A stretch of DNA of 64,000 bases from Kondoa subrosea. Its lineage: Eukaryota. Where the stretch lies: the NCBI GenBank assembly GCA_039545335.1, contig BCIN01000001.1, forward strand, positions 2,291,129 to 2,355,128. Reading direction: 5' to 3'. The notes beneath the pieces are model-generated. The model saw nothing but the letters and a program-made list of their open reading frames with translations. It did not search any database and had not been told where the DNA came from. Position 1 is the first letter of the stretch. Each line of letters begins with the position of its first letter. This document shows positions 49,738-61,149 of this stretch, piece after piece. A program made the translations under genes and the position numbers.

Positions 49738-51753
49738 ATGTCCAGCGAACCAGCAACGTCAGGACGAGTGACCATAAATTGCTCAGCTATTGGATCTATC
49801 AATATCGAACTATGGCCCTCTATTGCTCCCAAAGCATGCAGGAACTTCATTCAATTGAGCTTAGAAGGTTATTACGATGGCTGCATCCTACATCGAGTTG
49901 TTCCCAACTTCCTTGTTCAAACTGGTGATCCTACAAATTCTGGTATGGGTGGTGAATCCATATGGGACGAACCATTCGAAGATGAGATCTCTCAGAGACT
50001 CAAGTTCAGCAGAAGAGGAATAGTAGCGATGGCCAATATAGGCAAACCGAATACGAACCAATCTCAGTTCTTCATGACTATGGAGCGTGCGGATGCGTTG
50101 AATGGCAAATCCACCATCTTTGGTACCATTGTTGGTGACACAATGTTCAACTTGCTCAAATGCAACGACCTGGAATTATCACCTAATGATCCTGAACGTC
50201 CTAAATATCCCCCAACTATTAAGTCTATCGATGTGATTGATAATCCTTTCGACGATATCGTCCCTCGTATCACTGCAGCAGAAAGGAGAGAGCAAACTGC
50301 AGCGAGAAAAGAAGCACGAAAGAACAACAAGCTCGATAAACGCCGAGGAAAGGGCACCAAGTTAGTCATGTTACTTATGGAACAGCCCGCGGTATCATAA
50401 AATTGTCTATTACAGGAATGCCGGTCTATTATCTTTCGAAGCTGAAGCTGAAGCGGAATCAACACCTTTGGCTAACGCAAAGTTGCTCTCAGCTCATGAT
50501 GTCTTGAACGATTCCAAGCTGTCGAAAGAAGTGAAAGACGATCGTGGCTTCTCGATGGATCTTCCTGCATCTTTCGCCGACATGCCCAGCGCTTCTACTT
50601 CTAAAGCAGTATGTTGTTCAATTAACGAGAATATACCTCTTGTCTCACATATTCCCTTATAGCAGCAGAAACCTGCCAAAGTACGCGTTGCTCCCATAGA
50701 GGAAGAGGAAAAGCCCAAAAAGAAGCGCAAAGTAGAGGAACCAGTGAAAGAACTTAGCAAGTCGTGAGTTGTTTTCCTCATCAATGTACTGAATTGTTCC
50801 TCATAATTTGCGTCACAGTGACAAGATCAGAGCTGAAATCGATTCCGTTCAAGCATCACTTCGAGCGCTCAAGAAAAAGAAAAACGATACCGATTCGGAA
50901 GATGACGACGATGAGAATGCAATCAAAGCTAATTCTTCATTATCTGGAGCTTCTTTGCTTGCTGCTCAACGAGCTTCTTTCTTGCAAAGTGGAAAAGCGG
51001 CAAAGGGTAGCAAAGGTTCGACCGCCGAAATAGCTTTATCAGCTGGTGGTATGAAACGGAAAGGCGCAAAGAGGGAAGGTGATGAAGATTTAGTGCAACT
51101 CTTAGAAGGTTTCAAGGATGAACTGAGGGAAGCGAGAAAATTAGCTGCTGTCGAAGCCAAACTGAATCCTCCAGTGGTCGAAAAGGCAGCAGAAGAGTCA
51201 ATTTTAGGTTACAACGGCGAGATCTTGGAAGAGGAGGAGGAAGAGGACGACAACGATATGAGCTTCATGACACATAAATTGGTTTTCAGAAAGGATGTGG
51301 TGAGTTCAAGAAGATACCTATGGCAAAGATCAATTCGCTAAGTTTACCATCTAGACCCTAAATCGATCTGAATTCACTGTGGACGATTACAAAGTCATTG
51401 ATCCTCGAGCAGAAGGATTTACTCTAGAAGATGCGAAAGGAGAAGAAGATAGAAGAAGAAGGAAGGGTCTTGCCCCGAACGTCCGCGCCTACGATCCAGA
51501 AGGCAAAGATCGAGGTGGAGGTCGTGGAAATCGAAATCTCACGGTGAGATGAAACAGCTCAGACTGCTATAGATTACATTACTGAATACTCTGCATCCAG
51601 AACTCAAGAGAATACAGAGAGAAGTCAGGAGTTGAGCGGGATTGGAAAGGGCAGACTGCTGCAGACAAAGCTCGCCCTCGAGCAGGAAGAGCTGATCATG
51701 GAGAGCGACCTAGTGCCTCGGAGGTTGGTAACAATGTTGCAAGAAACGTATGA
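49738..51753 (+). CDS. CWC27: Spliceosomal cyclophilin Cwc27
   Basis: EPATSGRV...IELWPSIAPKACRNFIQLSLEGYYD...HRVVPNFLVQTGDPT...RLKFSRRGIVAMAN...NPFDDIVPR; LSAHDVLND; FMTHKLVF; DYKVIDPR. Stop TGA at 51751-51753. Confidence 0.93.
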
Positions 51754-51795
51754 ATTTGCTCGTTCGAAACGTCAATACGCAAATTGCCAGGTACA

Positions 51796-52573
51796 TTAAT
51801 TCTGCGTGTCCTTCTTCCGTTTCTTCTTCTTCCGCTTCTCCTCTCCATCTTCTTGATCATGCTGTGTCGTGGAAGTGGTCGAATTTTCCAACGCGTTTAC
51901 AGCAAGAGCTAGCTTAGCAGCCTTCTTTAGTGCTCTGCGAGCTTTCCTCTCTGCTTTGGTCTCCTCTCTCTCTTCTTCGTCTTTCTCTACCGAGTGCTGC
52001 CGCTTCTTGCCTTTCGCTTGCAGGCCCTCAATATCTTGCACAACAGCCAGTGGATGTTTTGGGACTTCTACTTGCTCCTCCTCCTCTTCTTCTACATTGC
52101 CATCGAGCACTTTCCCTCGCAAGAATGATCCATACAATCGAGCTTTAGCTGCTTCCCTCTTAGCTTCCCCAATATAATCAGTTGATGCACGAGCAGGATT
52201 CAGCTTGGATGTGGATGCTACAGGTATAGTGGAGCTAGATACCATAGGAGGTGGCAAGGGAGAGAGAATGCCTGTGACAGTGCGATGTTCTTTGGCCTGG
52301 TAACAAATTTCGTCAAATCCTTAGTATCCACATAAAAGCCTAGCGCACTGGTGTTGTTGCTTTTGATTGCTGATCTGTCTTGTTGATCTTCTTGGCCACG
52401 CCAGAGAACAAATGATCCCACCATTGATAACCATTATAAGTATCTTTGCCCACGCCCGACAAAGTCTTTTTCTGCACAACGCTGACTGGCCGAGCACGTC
52501 CTCCTTTTCGTAGAGCTTTTCCTGTCCCTTCCCAACCTTGCTGAACCAGGAAATCGCTGGAGTTAAATACCAT
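51796..52573 (-). CDS. Nucleolar G-patch protein (Tma23/GPATCH4-like)
   Basis: MVFNSSDFLVQQGWEGTGKALRKGGRARPVSVVQKKTLSGVGKD...QWWDHLF; later LYGSFLRG and a Lys-rich tail. Confidence 0.8.
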
Positions 52574-52729
52574 TTCGCAAGTTCGCTGTCCCAGAACAAA
52601 GTACTGTAAAGTAGTGTCTCTTCTAAACGAGCAAGTAACTGCAAGCAAGTAACTGCATTGCCTCGAGCTCTATTTGATACCTCGACTCTTGATACCAGTC
52701 CGCTGCTATACCTCTTCGTTTGTGAAGGC

Positions 52730-55169
52730 ATGCCTGATCTGCACGTCGTTCTTGTTGGCGACGAAGGCACGGGAAAGTGTACGTTCTTGTCTGTGTTCGT
52801 GGTAGTGCTGTCTTTGAGATAATCTGTCCAGCCTCTATTGTTACATCTCTAATCAAGGACGATTTCATCGAGATCCAGCCAAAGACTGTGCTTCCCAAAG
52901 TTTCCATTCAGAATGGCTCAGCAACAACATACATAGTCGATACTTCACCTAGGAAAGAAGATCGGCATCATCTCGAATCTGAATTACGAAGAGCTCATGT
53001 TGTTGTGATTGTCTACGCTGTGGACGACTCCAATTCGTTCGATCGAATAGCAGAGTACTGGTTGCCGACTATTCGTTCAGTAGGCATCAATGTACCTGTG
53101 GTCCTGGTGGGAAACAAGATTGATCTGAGGAACGATGCGCCAGAACATTTGACGACCGAAGCACTGGAAGCCGAGGTCGCGCCCTTGATGCAGGCTTACA
53201 AAGAGATAGAGACCGTACGCGTGCTGCCTCTGCTACTGTTTGTGGATTAAGCTGATAGCAATCTCAATTAGTGCGCTGAGGTGAACATGTCTTTTCTTTT
53301 TCGTTCCGTAGCTGATATCATTACAGTGCAGCGCAAAGAACGGCATAAACATCGCAGAAATCTTCTACTTTGCTCAGCGTGCCGTCTTGTACCCTACCGC
53401 GCCTCTCTATGACAGTCGACAGCATACAATCAAACAAGCATGTGTCAACGCACTGCGCCGCATCTTCAAGCTTTGCGATCGAGATAAAGATGATCTACTT
53501 AATGACGAAGAATTGAACGGCTTCCAGGTCAGAACAATCTATTGAATGCGTCGAGAGACTGCTGACTAATTCTTGTTGATGCAGCAAAGGTGTTTCAGTC
53601 GACCTCTTCAGCAATCAGAGCTGGATAGCATCAAAGATCGCGTTCGAGAACATTCACCAGATATGTCTACAGATGCTGGCTTGACTCTAGACGGTTTCTT
53701 ATTCCTCAACACTTGTTTTATTCAAAACGGAAGAATGGAATCTACCTGGCTTGCTTTGCGAACCTTTGGCTATGGAGAAGACTTGCAGCTCAAAGATGAA
53801 TTTGTCAACCCTAGGTTTGATGTGCCGGCTGATTGTTCTGTCGAGCTGAGCCCACAAGGTGCCAATTTCAACTATGCTTGATATATGAACTAATCATAAT
53901 ACAGGATATGATTTTCTGTCTGATCTGTTCCAGCGACACGACAAGGTTGAATAAGACGTACACAGATATTATCACTAGCTGATACATATGTCAGGATCAA
54001 GACGGCGCTTTGTCACCTGACGAAGTAGATGATCTCTTTAGCACCTCACCTGGCAATCCTTGGGTCTCGTCGGGTTTCCCTCGAGATACAACCGTCACTA
54101 ATGAGGACGGGTTTGTTACTTTGCAAGGCTGGCTTGCGCAGTGGAGGTATGTTCTGACCTGATTAAGAGAAAGCAGTGGACTAATTTGAATCGTATAGCA
54201 TGACTACCCTACTCGAGCCTCGATTGACATTGGCATACCTCGCATATCTTGGGTATCAGTTCTCCTCCATCAACACAATACCGCTTACATCAGCTGTCTC
54301 ACATTCGGCACCACGCAAATCCGAACGAAAGAAAGACAAGTCGCAACGAAATGTCTTCACGGCTGTCTTATTAGGCGCTTCGGGAACGGGCAAGACTAGT
54401 CTCAGAAGACGGTTTGTGGGCAGAGATGTGAAGAATGCTCAGTACGATGCTACGAGTAGGAGGGAAAGTGTGGTAAACGCGGTGGAAATCAAAGGTTCAG
54501 AAAAATATTTGGTGGTAAGTTAAGTTGACCCAATTCGTGACACCTCATACTTATGCTATTATAGCTGCAAGAGTATGGCAGAGAAGAACCAGAGCTGCTT
54601 CGGAGCAGCAAGAAGCTTGCCAATGTCGATATGCTATGCTTTTGTTACGATTCTTCAGACACGAACAGCTTCTCGTACGTGACCACATATCTCTTGTTAT
54701 AGTGGAATAGCTGATCTCTATCTCAGCTACATCTCCAATCTCCGCGCTACCTACAAACTTGATTCCATCCCTTCGATTTTCGTTGCTACAAAGTCGGATC
54801 AGGATCTAGCAGTACAAAGGCACGAGGTCCAGCCTGATGCGTACTGTCGAAGACTGTTCCTCCGTACACCCATACCGGTTTCGCATCGTCATCCTGAAGA
54901 TCTGTATACCGAGATCGTCGCTGCTTGTGTCTCGCCTGGAGGTAATGCTTCTGCTACTATATCGTTATGATACTGAAGAGCTCTCTTCGGTTACAGCGAG
55001 TAAAGCTATAGTAGGAGGCCTGCAAAAGACCAAGAGCAATCCCGTGACATGGTGTTTGGCAATATGTGGAATAGGGCTAGGAGGCCTGGGAGCATATGCC
55101 CTGCTGAGCGGCAAGGGTTGGAGAGTCCTGAGCTTCTTGTCGTTCACTTCCCCAAAACTAGAGCTATAA
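52730..55169 (+). CDS. GEM1: Mitochondrial Rho GTPase (Miro)
   Basis: VVLVGDEGTGK, LVGNKIDLR, ECSAK, IFYFAQRAVLYPTAPLYDS, EF-hands (DRDKDDLLNDEEL, DKDQDGALSPDE), second GTPase LGASGTGKT...FVATKSDQD and a C-terminal TM anchor. Confidence 0.95.
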
Positions 55170-55386
55170 TACGAAAGTCATGCAAGTCATCAATTATTGT
55201 TTGCCATTTGGTGACTTGCCAAGTGACTGCGACGAAGTAAGACGCAAAGACTAGTTGACGAACGTGCGACGCGTGAACGTCCTACCGCTCTGCTCTGCCC
55301 TACTCTTTTCTACTTTGCTCCCATACTCACCTCCCGGCAAGCTTGGTCGTGCTAGAAGCTAATTTGAACTCTCAATTGCATCGAGC

Positions 55387-57564
55387 ATGGACAGCGATTT
55401 ACCAGACTATGAGTGAGCTCTCAGGTTTCCCCTCAATGTACGATCGCTGACAATCCGCTGCAGTCAAGTGTCGGAGCAAGGCGATAGAGTTGCCGCAATT
55501 CAAGTGCGCTGCTTCATTCTTGTGGTCCTGCTACCTGCCTTAATCGTGTAGCAGCCTTCAGTCTGGATCCCAGAGCCTGCTGAAGGCGATAGAACGATAG
55601 ATCTATGGTATGTTCTCGCTCTACGGGACAGGTAGTTTAGCTAACCTCGGCCTTCTTGCACACTTTAGCTTTGTTATGGACTGTACTGGGTTAGTCAACA
55701 TGCACCTGGATCTCCTCGCTCATGCTGAGCGCTCTTAAAGCTCTATGGGGTAAGCAGTATGATTTCTCTGCAAACCTGCCGTGGTTTATGAATCGCTTGT
55801 CTAGCTCTTACATCATGTCTGCGACCCAGAACATTGAAGTCATCATGAACGAGATCGTATCGTCTGAGAAACTTTCTTCGCCTGCTTGCCTTCGTGTTTC
55901 GTTGGTCGCTTACAGAGATCATCCTCCTCAAGACAATACATATGTGACGAAGACAACGTATGTCACGCACCTTCAACAGACTTGCTGCTTATCTCACTCA
56001 CTTCTCCCTATCTATAGACAATTTACTTCAAACGTCACTGTGATCAAAGCGGCTCTCAAATCGCTGTGTGCTTCAGGCGGCGGTGACGGGTATGAGAAAG
56101 ATCTCTCTGTGATCTTATCTTCACTTATTGGTCGATGGTATTTTTTCATCTAGCGCGGAAGCTAGTACAGCTGCCCTCAAAGAAGCGTGCGATGGTCTGG
56201 CATGGCGAGATCAAGCTACCAAAATGGTTGTTCTGATTACCGACGCACCTCCGCACGGCATAGGAGAATATGGTAGGCTCTATATGTAAGGCGTTGAATG
56301 CCTAAGCTCACCTTGAACTAGGGGATGGGTTCGCTGATGGAAGTGTGAGACAGCTTCAGAATACTCAGTATTTTGATCAGCTTATCTGTTACCGTGTTCA
56401 AAAACAGCCTGATGGGGTCGATCCTTTACAACTGGTCCGACATATGACCTCAAGGGGAATTACGCTAGTCAGTGTCGTCAAAACGCTTTTGTTTTGCGCT
56501 AAACGATATGTTCCAGTTTACGGTCGCTTGTGAACCTGCGCTTTCCGGTTATAGCTATGCGACGGACTTCTATCGTGGCTTGGTCACTATTTCTAGCGGA
56601 GCTCTGGTTCCGCTGACAAATGCGGCCCAATTGGCACACGTAATCGTGGGATCGGCTCTTGAGCAGATGGATATGTAAGTGTCCTTCGTTCGTATCATCA
56701 TAATCTTCTGAGCTGAGATGATATCAGGGAACGACTGATACAGGAAGTTGGCAACGCGGTTGTGGAACGGCTACAATCCGGTCAGCAATCAGTCGACGAT
56801 GTCGCTATGGAGCTACACAACTCGCTCTCTTTGCGCAACGAAGGCACCAAACATTTACTAGTGGAAAATATCTACGTGAGTTCACGACTTAGTGGCTGCG
56901 ACCACGTCCGACTATGCCTTATAGAGAGACAGCGCTGAGGCACAACACAATGTCCAAGTCTGGGCCAATGCTGCGAGTCTGGCTGATGCTAAGCCTCTGC
57001 TGAAAAAGGTACGTGACGCTCAGGTATCTGGTCTCACAATCTGAAGTATTGTCTCAGGTTACCGGTTCGAGATTCACAGATGCTGTATGTCAAGAGCTAT
57101 CTTTTAACCCCTAATGTCTTCTTTGGCTGATACATGTGCTTTTGCTGCTTCAGTACAATTCTCGACGATTGGGCTCTTCCTATTCTCGATCGAGCTATTA
57201 CACACCAGCGATACCTCCACGACCTGAACCGAAAGTTGAGTCTGTGACGCCCAGCTCACCACCTCGCAAAGTTGTATCCTCTTTCAAGACCTTCTCAGCT
57301 CCAACTTCGATATCAATGGCCAGTACAAGCATGACTGCTTCTCCTCCACCAAAAGATAAGACACCTCCAGGGTCTCCTAGTGCCTTCGCTTCCTCTCTGT
57401 CGTCTTTTGGATTGCGCTCGCCGACAAATGCGAACGCACCAAAAGCCAAAGAAGACATTGACGCTGATGCCGTTCTTGGGGGCGTAGAATTGCGCATGGG
57501 CGGGATCAGTCTCGAGCAGGCTACAAAGATCGCTCGTAGTGTAGCCTTTAGAGCTGCCAGATGA
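55387..57564 (+). CDS. Fungal von Willebrand factor A (VwkA-type vWA) domain protein with many short exons
   Basis: Spliced IDLCFVMDCTGSMGSYI (MIDAS DxTxS), LRVSLVAYRDHPPQD, ASGGGDG.EA, LITDAPPHGIGEYGDGF and VACEPALSGY. The C-terminal tail is Ser/Pro-rich; no kinase domain was seen. Confidence 0.82.
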
Positions 57565-57647
57565 CAGAGGAACATGTCAATTCGCAATCTTGTACAATCG
57601 CATTTTTTTACCCATTCAATACCATCTTCTGCATACAACGAGTGTTT

Positions 57648-58930
57648 TTACATCTGCTTCTCGTTGACCATTTCTGTCCCTTCCAAGCCAGCAAGAAGAT
57701 TTGTTACAGCTTCGCTAGCCATAAGATTACGAGTTTCGACTGTTGCGCTGCCGATGTGAGGTAAAATGATGCATCGTGGCTCCATGACTTTGTCCAATAT
57801 GAGCATTGTTCAAGCCAGATGCAGACATTTTGTGGCCTACCTAATGGATGATCAGCCGGGATTTGAGGCTCGTTGGTTAAGACGTCAAGGCCTGCGCCGA
57901 GTAACTGCTCGGACTTCAGACTTTCAGCCAAAGCGTCGGAATCAATGATTGGTCCTCGTGCGGTGTTGATTATGACTGCCGTGGGTTTCATCTTCGACAG
58001 AAATTCGGCATCGACCAGATTTTTGGTTTGAGGTGTAAGCGCACAACATACGAACAGCACATCGGAATCTCTTGCGAGCTGGTCTTGACTGTCGACTGGC
58101 TGTATCGAGATTTTGAAATTCTTCAGCCCATAGAAATCATCTTTCGCTGATTTTCCAGGCTTCGACGTCAGATAGATGATATTCTTCGGAGCAAAAGCCA
58201 TCATGCGCTATAGGTGTGTGAGATCCTGTCTTTGAGACATGACTGAATCCGCACCTGGCAGGTAGCTTGAGCAATGCGTCCGAATCCTAAACACCCGACC
58301 GTCTTGTTTTTGAATTCCTGACCACACAGTAATGTAGCTGTATACGAAGTACGACTGAATAATCGCCGCGCATACAGTATTTTCGACTCACGCGCCCATG
58401 ACAGTTGAGGCCATTTGCCATCGATGACCTTGCGCATAGCAACTCCAGCCAGTCTCGAAGCGCCGAGAGCTAAGAAGATACTCAAGTCGGCCACGGCATC
58501 TGTCAATGCCTTAAGAAATGCAAAGCCTAAGACACAAATATCTTTCAAGGGAAGGCTCGACTCACATCTGGTGTGTAGCCCAATCTGATATTCCGCCTTT
58601 TGGCTGCGTCAAGTGATACATGATCGAATCCAGCTGAATATGTTGAAATGACTTTGAGCTGCTCGCCAGCAGTAGCAAGCAGTTCCTCGTCGATCTGTCC
58701 AAGGAGAAGAAGCATAAATATAGCGAGAAGAGAAGTGCTCAGAGCCTTACCTTGTCATTAAGCATACAGATCAATCCATCACATCCTTTGATGTTCTCGA
58801 GTAGAAAAGTTCTGTCGCAAGCTTTGTCTTCCTTCCATTCAACCAGATCAGTGATACGTTTATTCTTGACTGCCTCATCAAGCGCTGCCCGACCGTCTTG
58901 AGGCAGTTCGCGGGTGACTAGAACTTTCAT
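57648..58930 (-). CDS. D-isomer-specific 2-hydroxyacid dehydrogenase (glyoxylate/hydroxypyruvate reductase-like)
   Basis: KVLVTRELP, STYSAGFDHV, GYTPD, LTDAVADL, VGCLGFGRIA (Rossmann), VIINTARGPII, GAGLDV..NEP and LPHIGSAT. Stop TAA at 57648-57650. Confidence 0.9.
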
Positions 58931-59311
58931 GCTGCTATGGACTGACTGTCAATATGGACAGGAATGGAAGGGGGTAGCGTCCATAAACAACATAGTTCCA
59001 GTTTTCTAATGATAGTCAGGAGCATTTTATTAGCCTAAAAGTAAGCTGAGACAATGCTAATTGCTCGTTCAAAATTGAGGTCGTAGATGGTGAACCGATT
59101 CCTACTCCACAGCATACAGTAGCTATTCTTGACGATAGGCCGCAAGCTATGCCACCTTCTCAATACGGATACCTTGCGCGCAACATATTTCAATCTAATT
59201 CTAGTTTGTATAGAATTGAACATGATGACAAGCGAAGGGCTAAAGCGTGCGGAAGATGGTTGGGTCCAAATTGTACTCGATATTTTACAATGATTCCTCC
59301 TTCTAAAAGAC

Positions 59312-60671
59312 TTACTTGAGCAAAATATCGCCAAGCAGCTCCTCTTCCTCCTCAATCTCTTCAAAGATGCTTCTTTCGGTGTGCTTTGGCTCAATCTCTT
59401 GAGTTCTGGTGACAACCGGTTGTTCTAATGCTTTCGCAGCTTTCTCCCTGTTCTGAGCCAATAAAGCCAAACCAGCTATTGATTGGTCAGAACCAGCTTT
59501 CGGCGCTCGATGGGAGCCACGCAGAGGAAGAGGAAGCAGGTTCGGCCTGACGTCAAGCTTCTCTGCCTGATCGAGGTGAACAGCATCTTGAAAGAATTCT
59601 GATTCGTCCGAAGAGTATGCTCGAGCATCATACTGTATCCACAAATTAGCTTGCATCGCATAACATAAGGAGCAAACGCACAGTAGCATCTTCCTCTTCA
59701 TCCAAGACCATCTCCAACACATCATCCGTTGCCAGCTCGTCCTCCAAAACGTAATCCTGCTCTCGATCTGTAGAGCGCAAGACACTCAAACCAGACTCCG
59801 ACTTCATCTCTTCCTCTACGGCATCACCATCCACTACTCTTGAAACTCGATTCTTTTCCTCATATTTCCGTTGCTCGCCGTCATATTGAACGATATTCAG
59901 ATCTGGTTGACGACCGTTCTTCTTGCTCGTGCCTTTCCATTGCTTCGGATCCACTCGACCGAAAAAGGAGTCGGTCCCTTCTTTCGCTTGTTGAACAGAC
60001 TGAGCATTGACTGCGGCTTTTACACCAACTTCAGGTTTTCGAACGGCTTTTGCAGCTTTGTGCGTAGGCCTCTTGCCTTTCTTTGGAGGTGCAATTGGTC
60101 GCAAAGCTTCATATATCTCTGCCGGATGATAGACAACTTGAGGATTGTAGACCTACACCGGCAATCAGTTTTGCTTTACAGCCAGAACAGAGGAGAAACA
60201 TACCGAGGAAGGTTCAGTCGACCAAAGGGGAGGAATAGCTCTTGCAAGGTAGGTCGCCGAAGCGACAATGGTGAACAGAGCCAAGACCTTCTGAGGTGTA
60301 AAGGTTTGCTTTTGCGCTAAAGCGATGATTGCGGCCGTGGAGATGCGTCTGTGATGGGCATATTGAGGACGCTTGCCTGAAGACCAACGTGGTTGGGAGC
60401 CAAGTTTGGGAGAGGTCGAACTCCAGCGCAATTGAGTACCAACTTTTGGAGAAGTAGCGGAAGCATAAGAAGGAGGTTTATTGCAGATGATTCCCAGACC
60501 CTCTCCACTGTTGATGGCGGTCGGGAACTCGACAGACTTGTGGAGCGGTGAGCGAACGAAGGGTCCTCTTTCCAAATCAGTTGAATCTTCTGTAGCATAG
60601 GTGGATGAGACACTGTCGCTTAGCTTGATATCGAAAGACGTACTGTAGGTTGAGCTGCTATATGAGGCCAT
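59312..60671 (-). CDS. Uncharacterised single-pass (type II-like) membrane protein; 3' end uncertain
   Basis: ORFs 60165-60818, 59646-60104 and 59312-59785 join in frame through GT-AG introns (TCG|gtatgt...tag|GTC and ACT|gtgcgt...cag|TAT). There is one hydrophobic segment, VLALFTIVASATYLARAI, and an acidic C-terminal part. Confidence 0.6.
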
Positions 60672-61149
60672 CCTTGTATATCTTGAGTGACAGACGCGAT
60701 GGAGTAGGAAAGAGTGAAAGAACGAGTGATCACAAACCAAATGAACAGTCGACTTGAAATACCAGAACACACGAAACAAGAGAAAGGATAAGAGATGGTG
60801 ATCGGGCAGAAGGCTCAATCAGGTACAGGGACCTTCTTGCACGCGCTGGAAAGCCAACTCATATAAAGGAGACGCATAAGGAAATTGGAGAGAAAGCCAT
60901 CCTCGTTGAATTGGCTGAAGCGTTTCTGTTCCTGTCACATCAAGGCAGTGGGATCCTGATATATGCACAGTACAGGACTTGGCCTCAATGGCCTGATATG
61001 TATCTGATCAGACGGTAACTCGTGGTACATAAAAACCTTGAAACACCACGAAATTCCAAAGAGGGACGCAATTGCCATTAAAGTGAATGCTTGTATCTAA
61101 TGCTATACTACACTAATGCACATGCCAACGATTACCGGAAAAATTACAT

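Noticed and set aside
16..52573. Apparent enrichment of RNA-processing genes (TRA2-like, RPL18, SNP1, RRS1, CWC27, G-patch)
   Set aside because: They are dispersed among unrelated genes and belong to a large functional class, so there is no evidence of a cluster.
57648..58930. Glyoxylate reductase as part of a purine-catabolic cluster with XDH
   Set aside because: It is ~18 kb from the XDH/hxB pair with unrelated housekeeping genes in between, and no uricase, allantoinase or permease is in the window.
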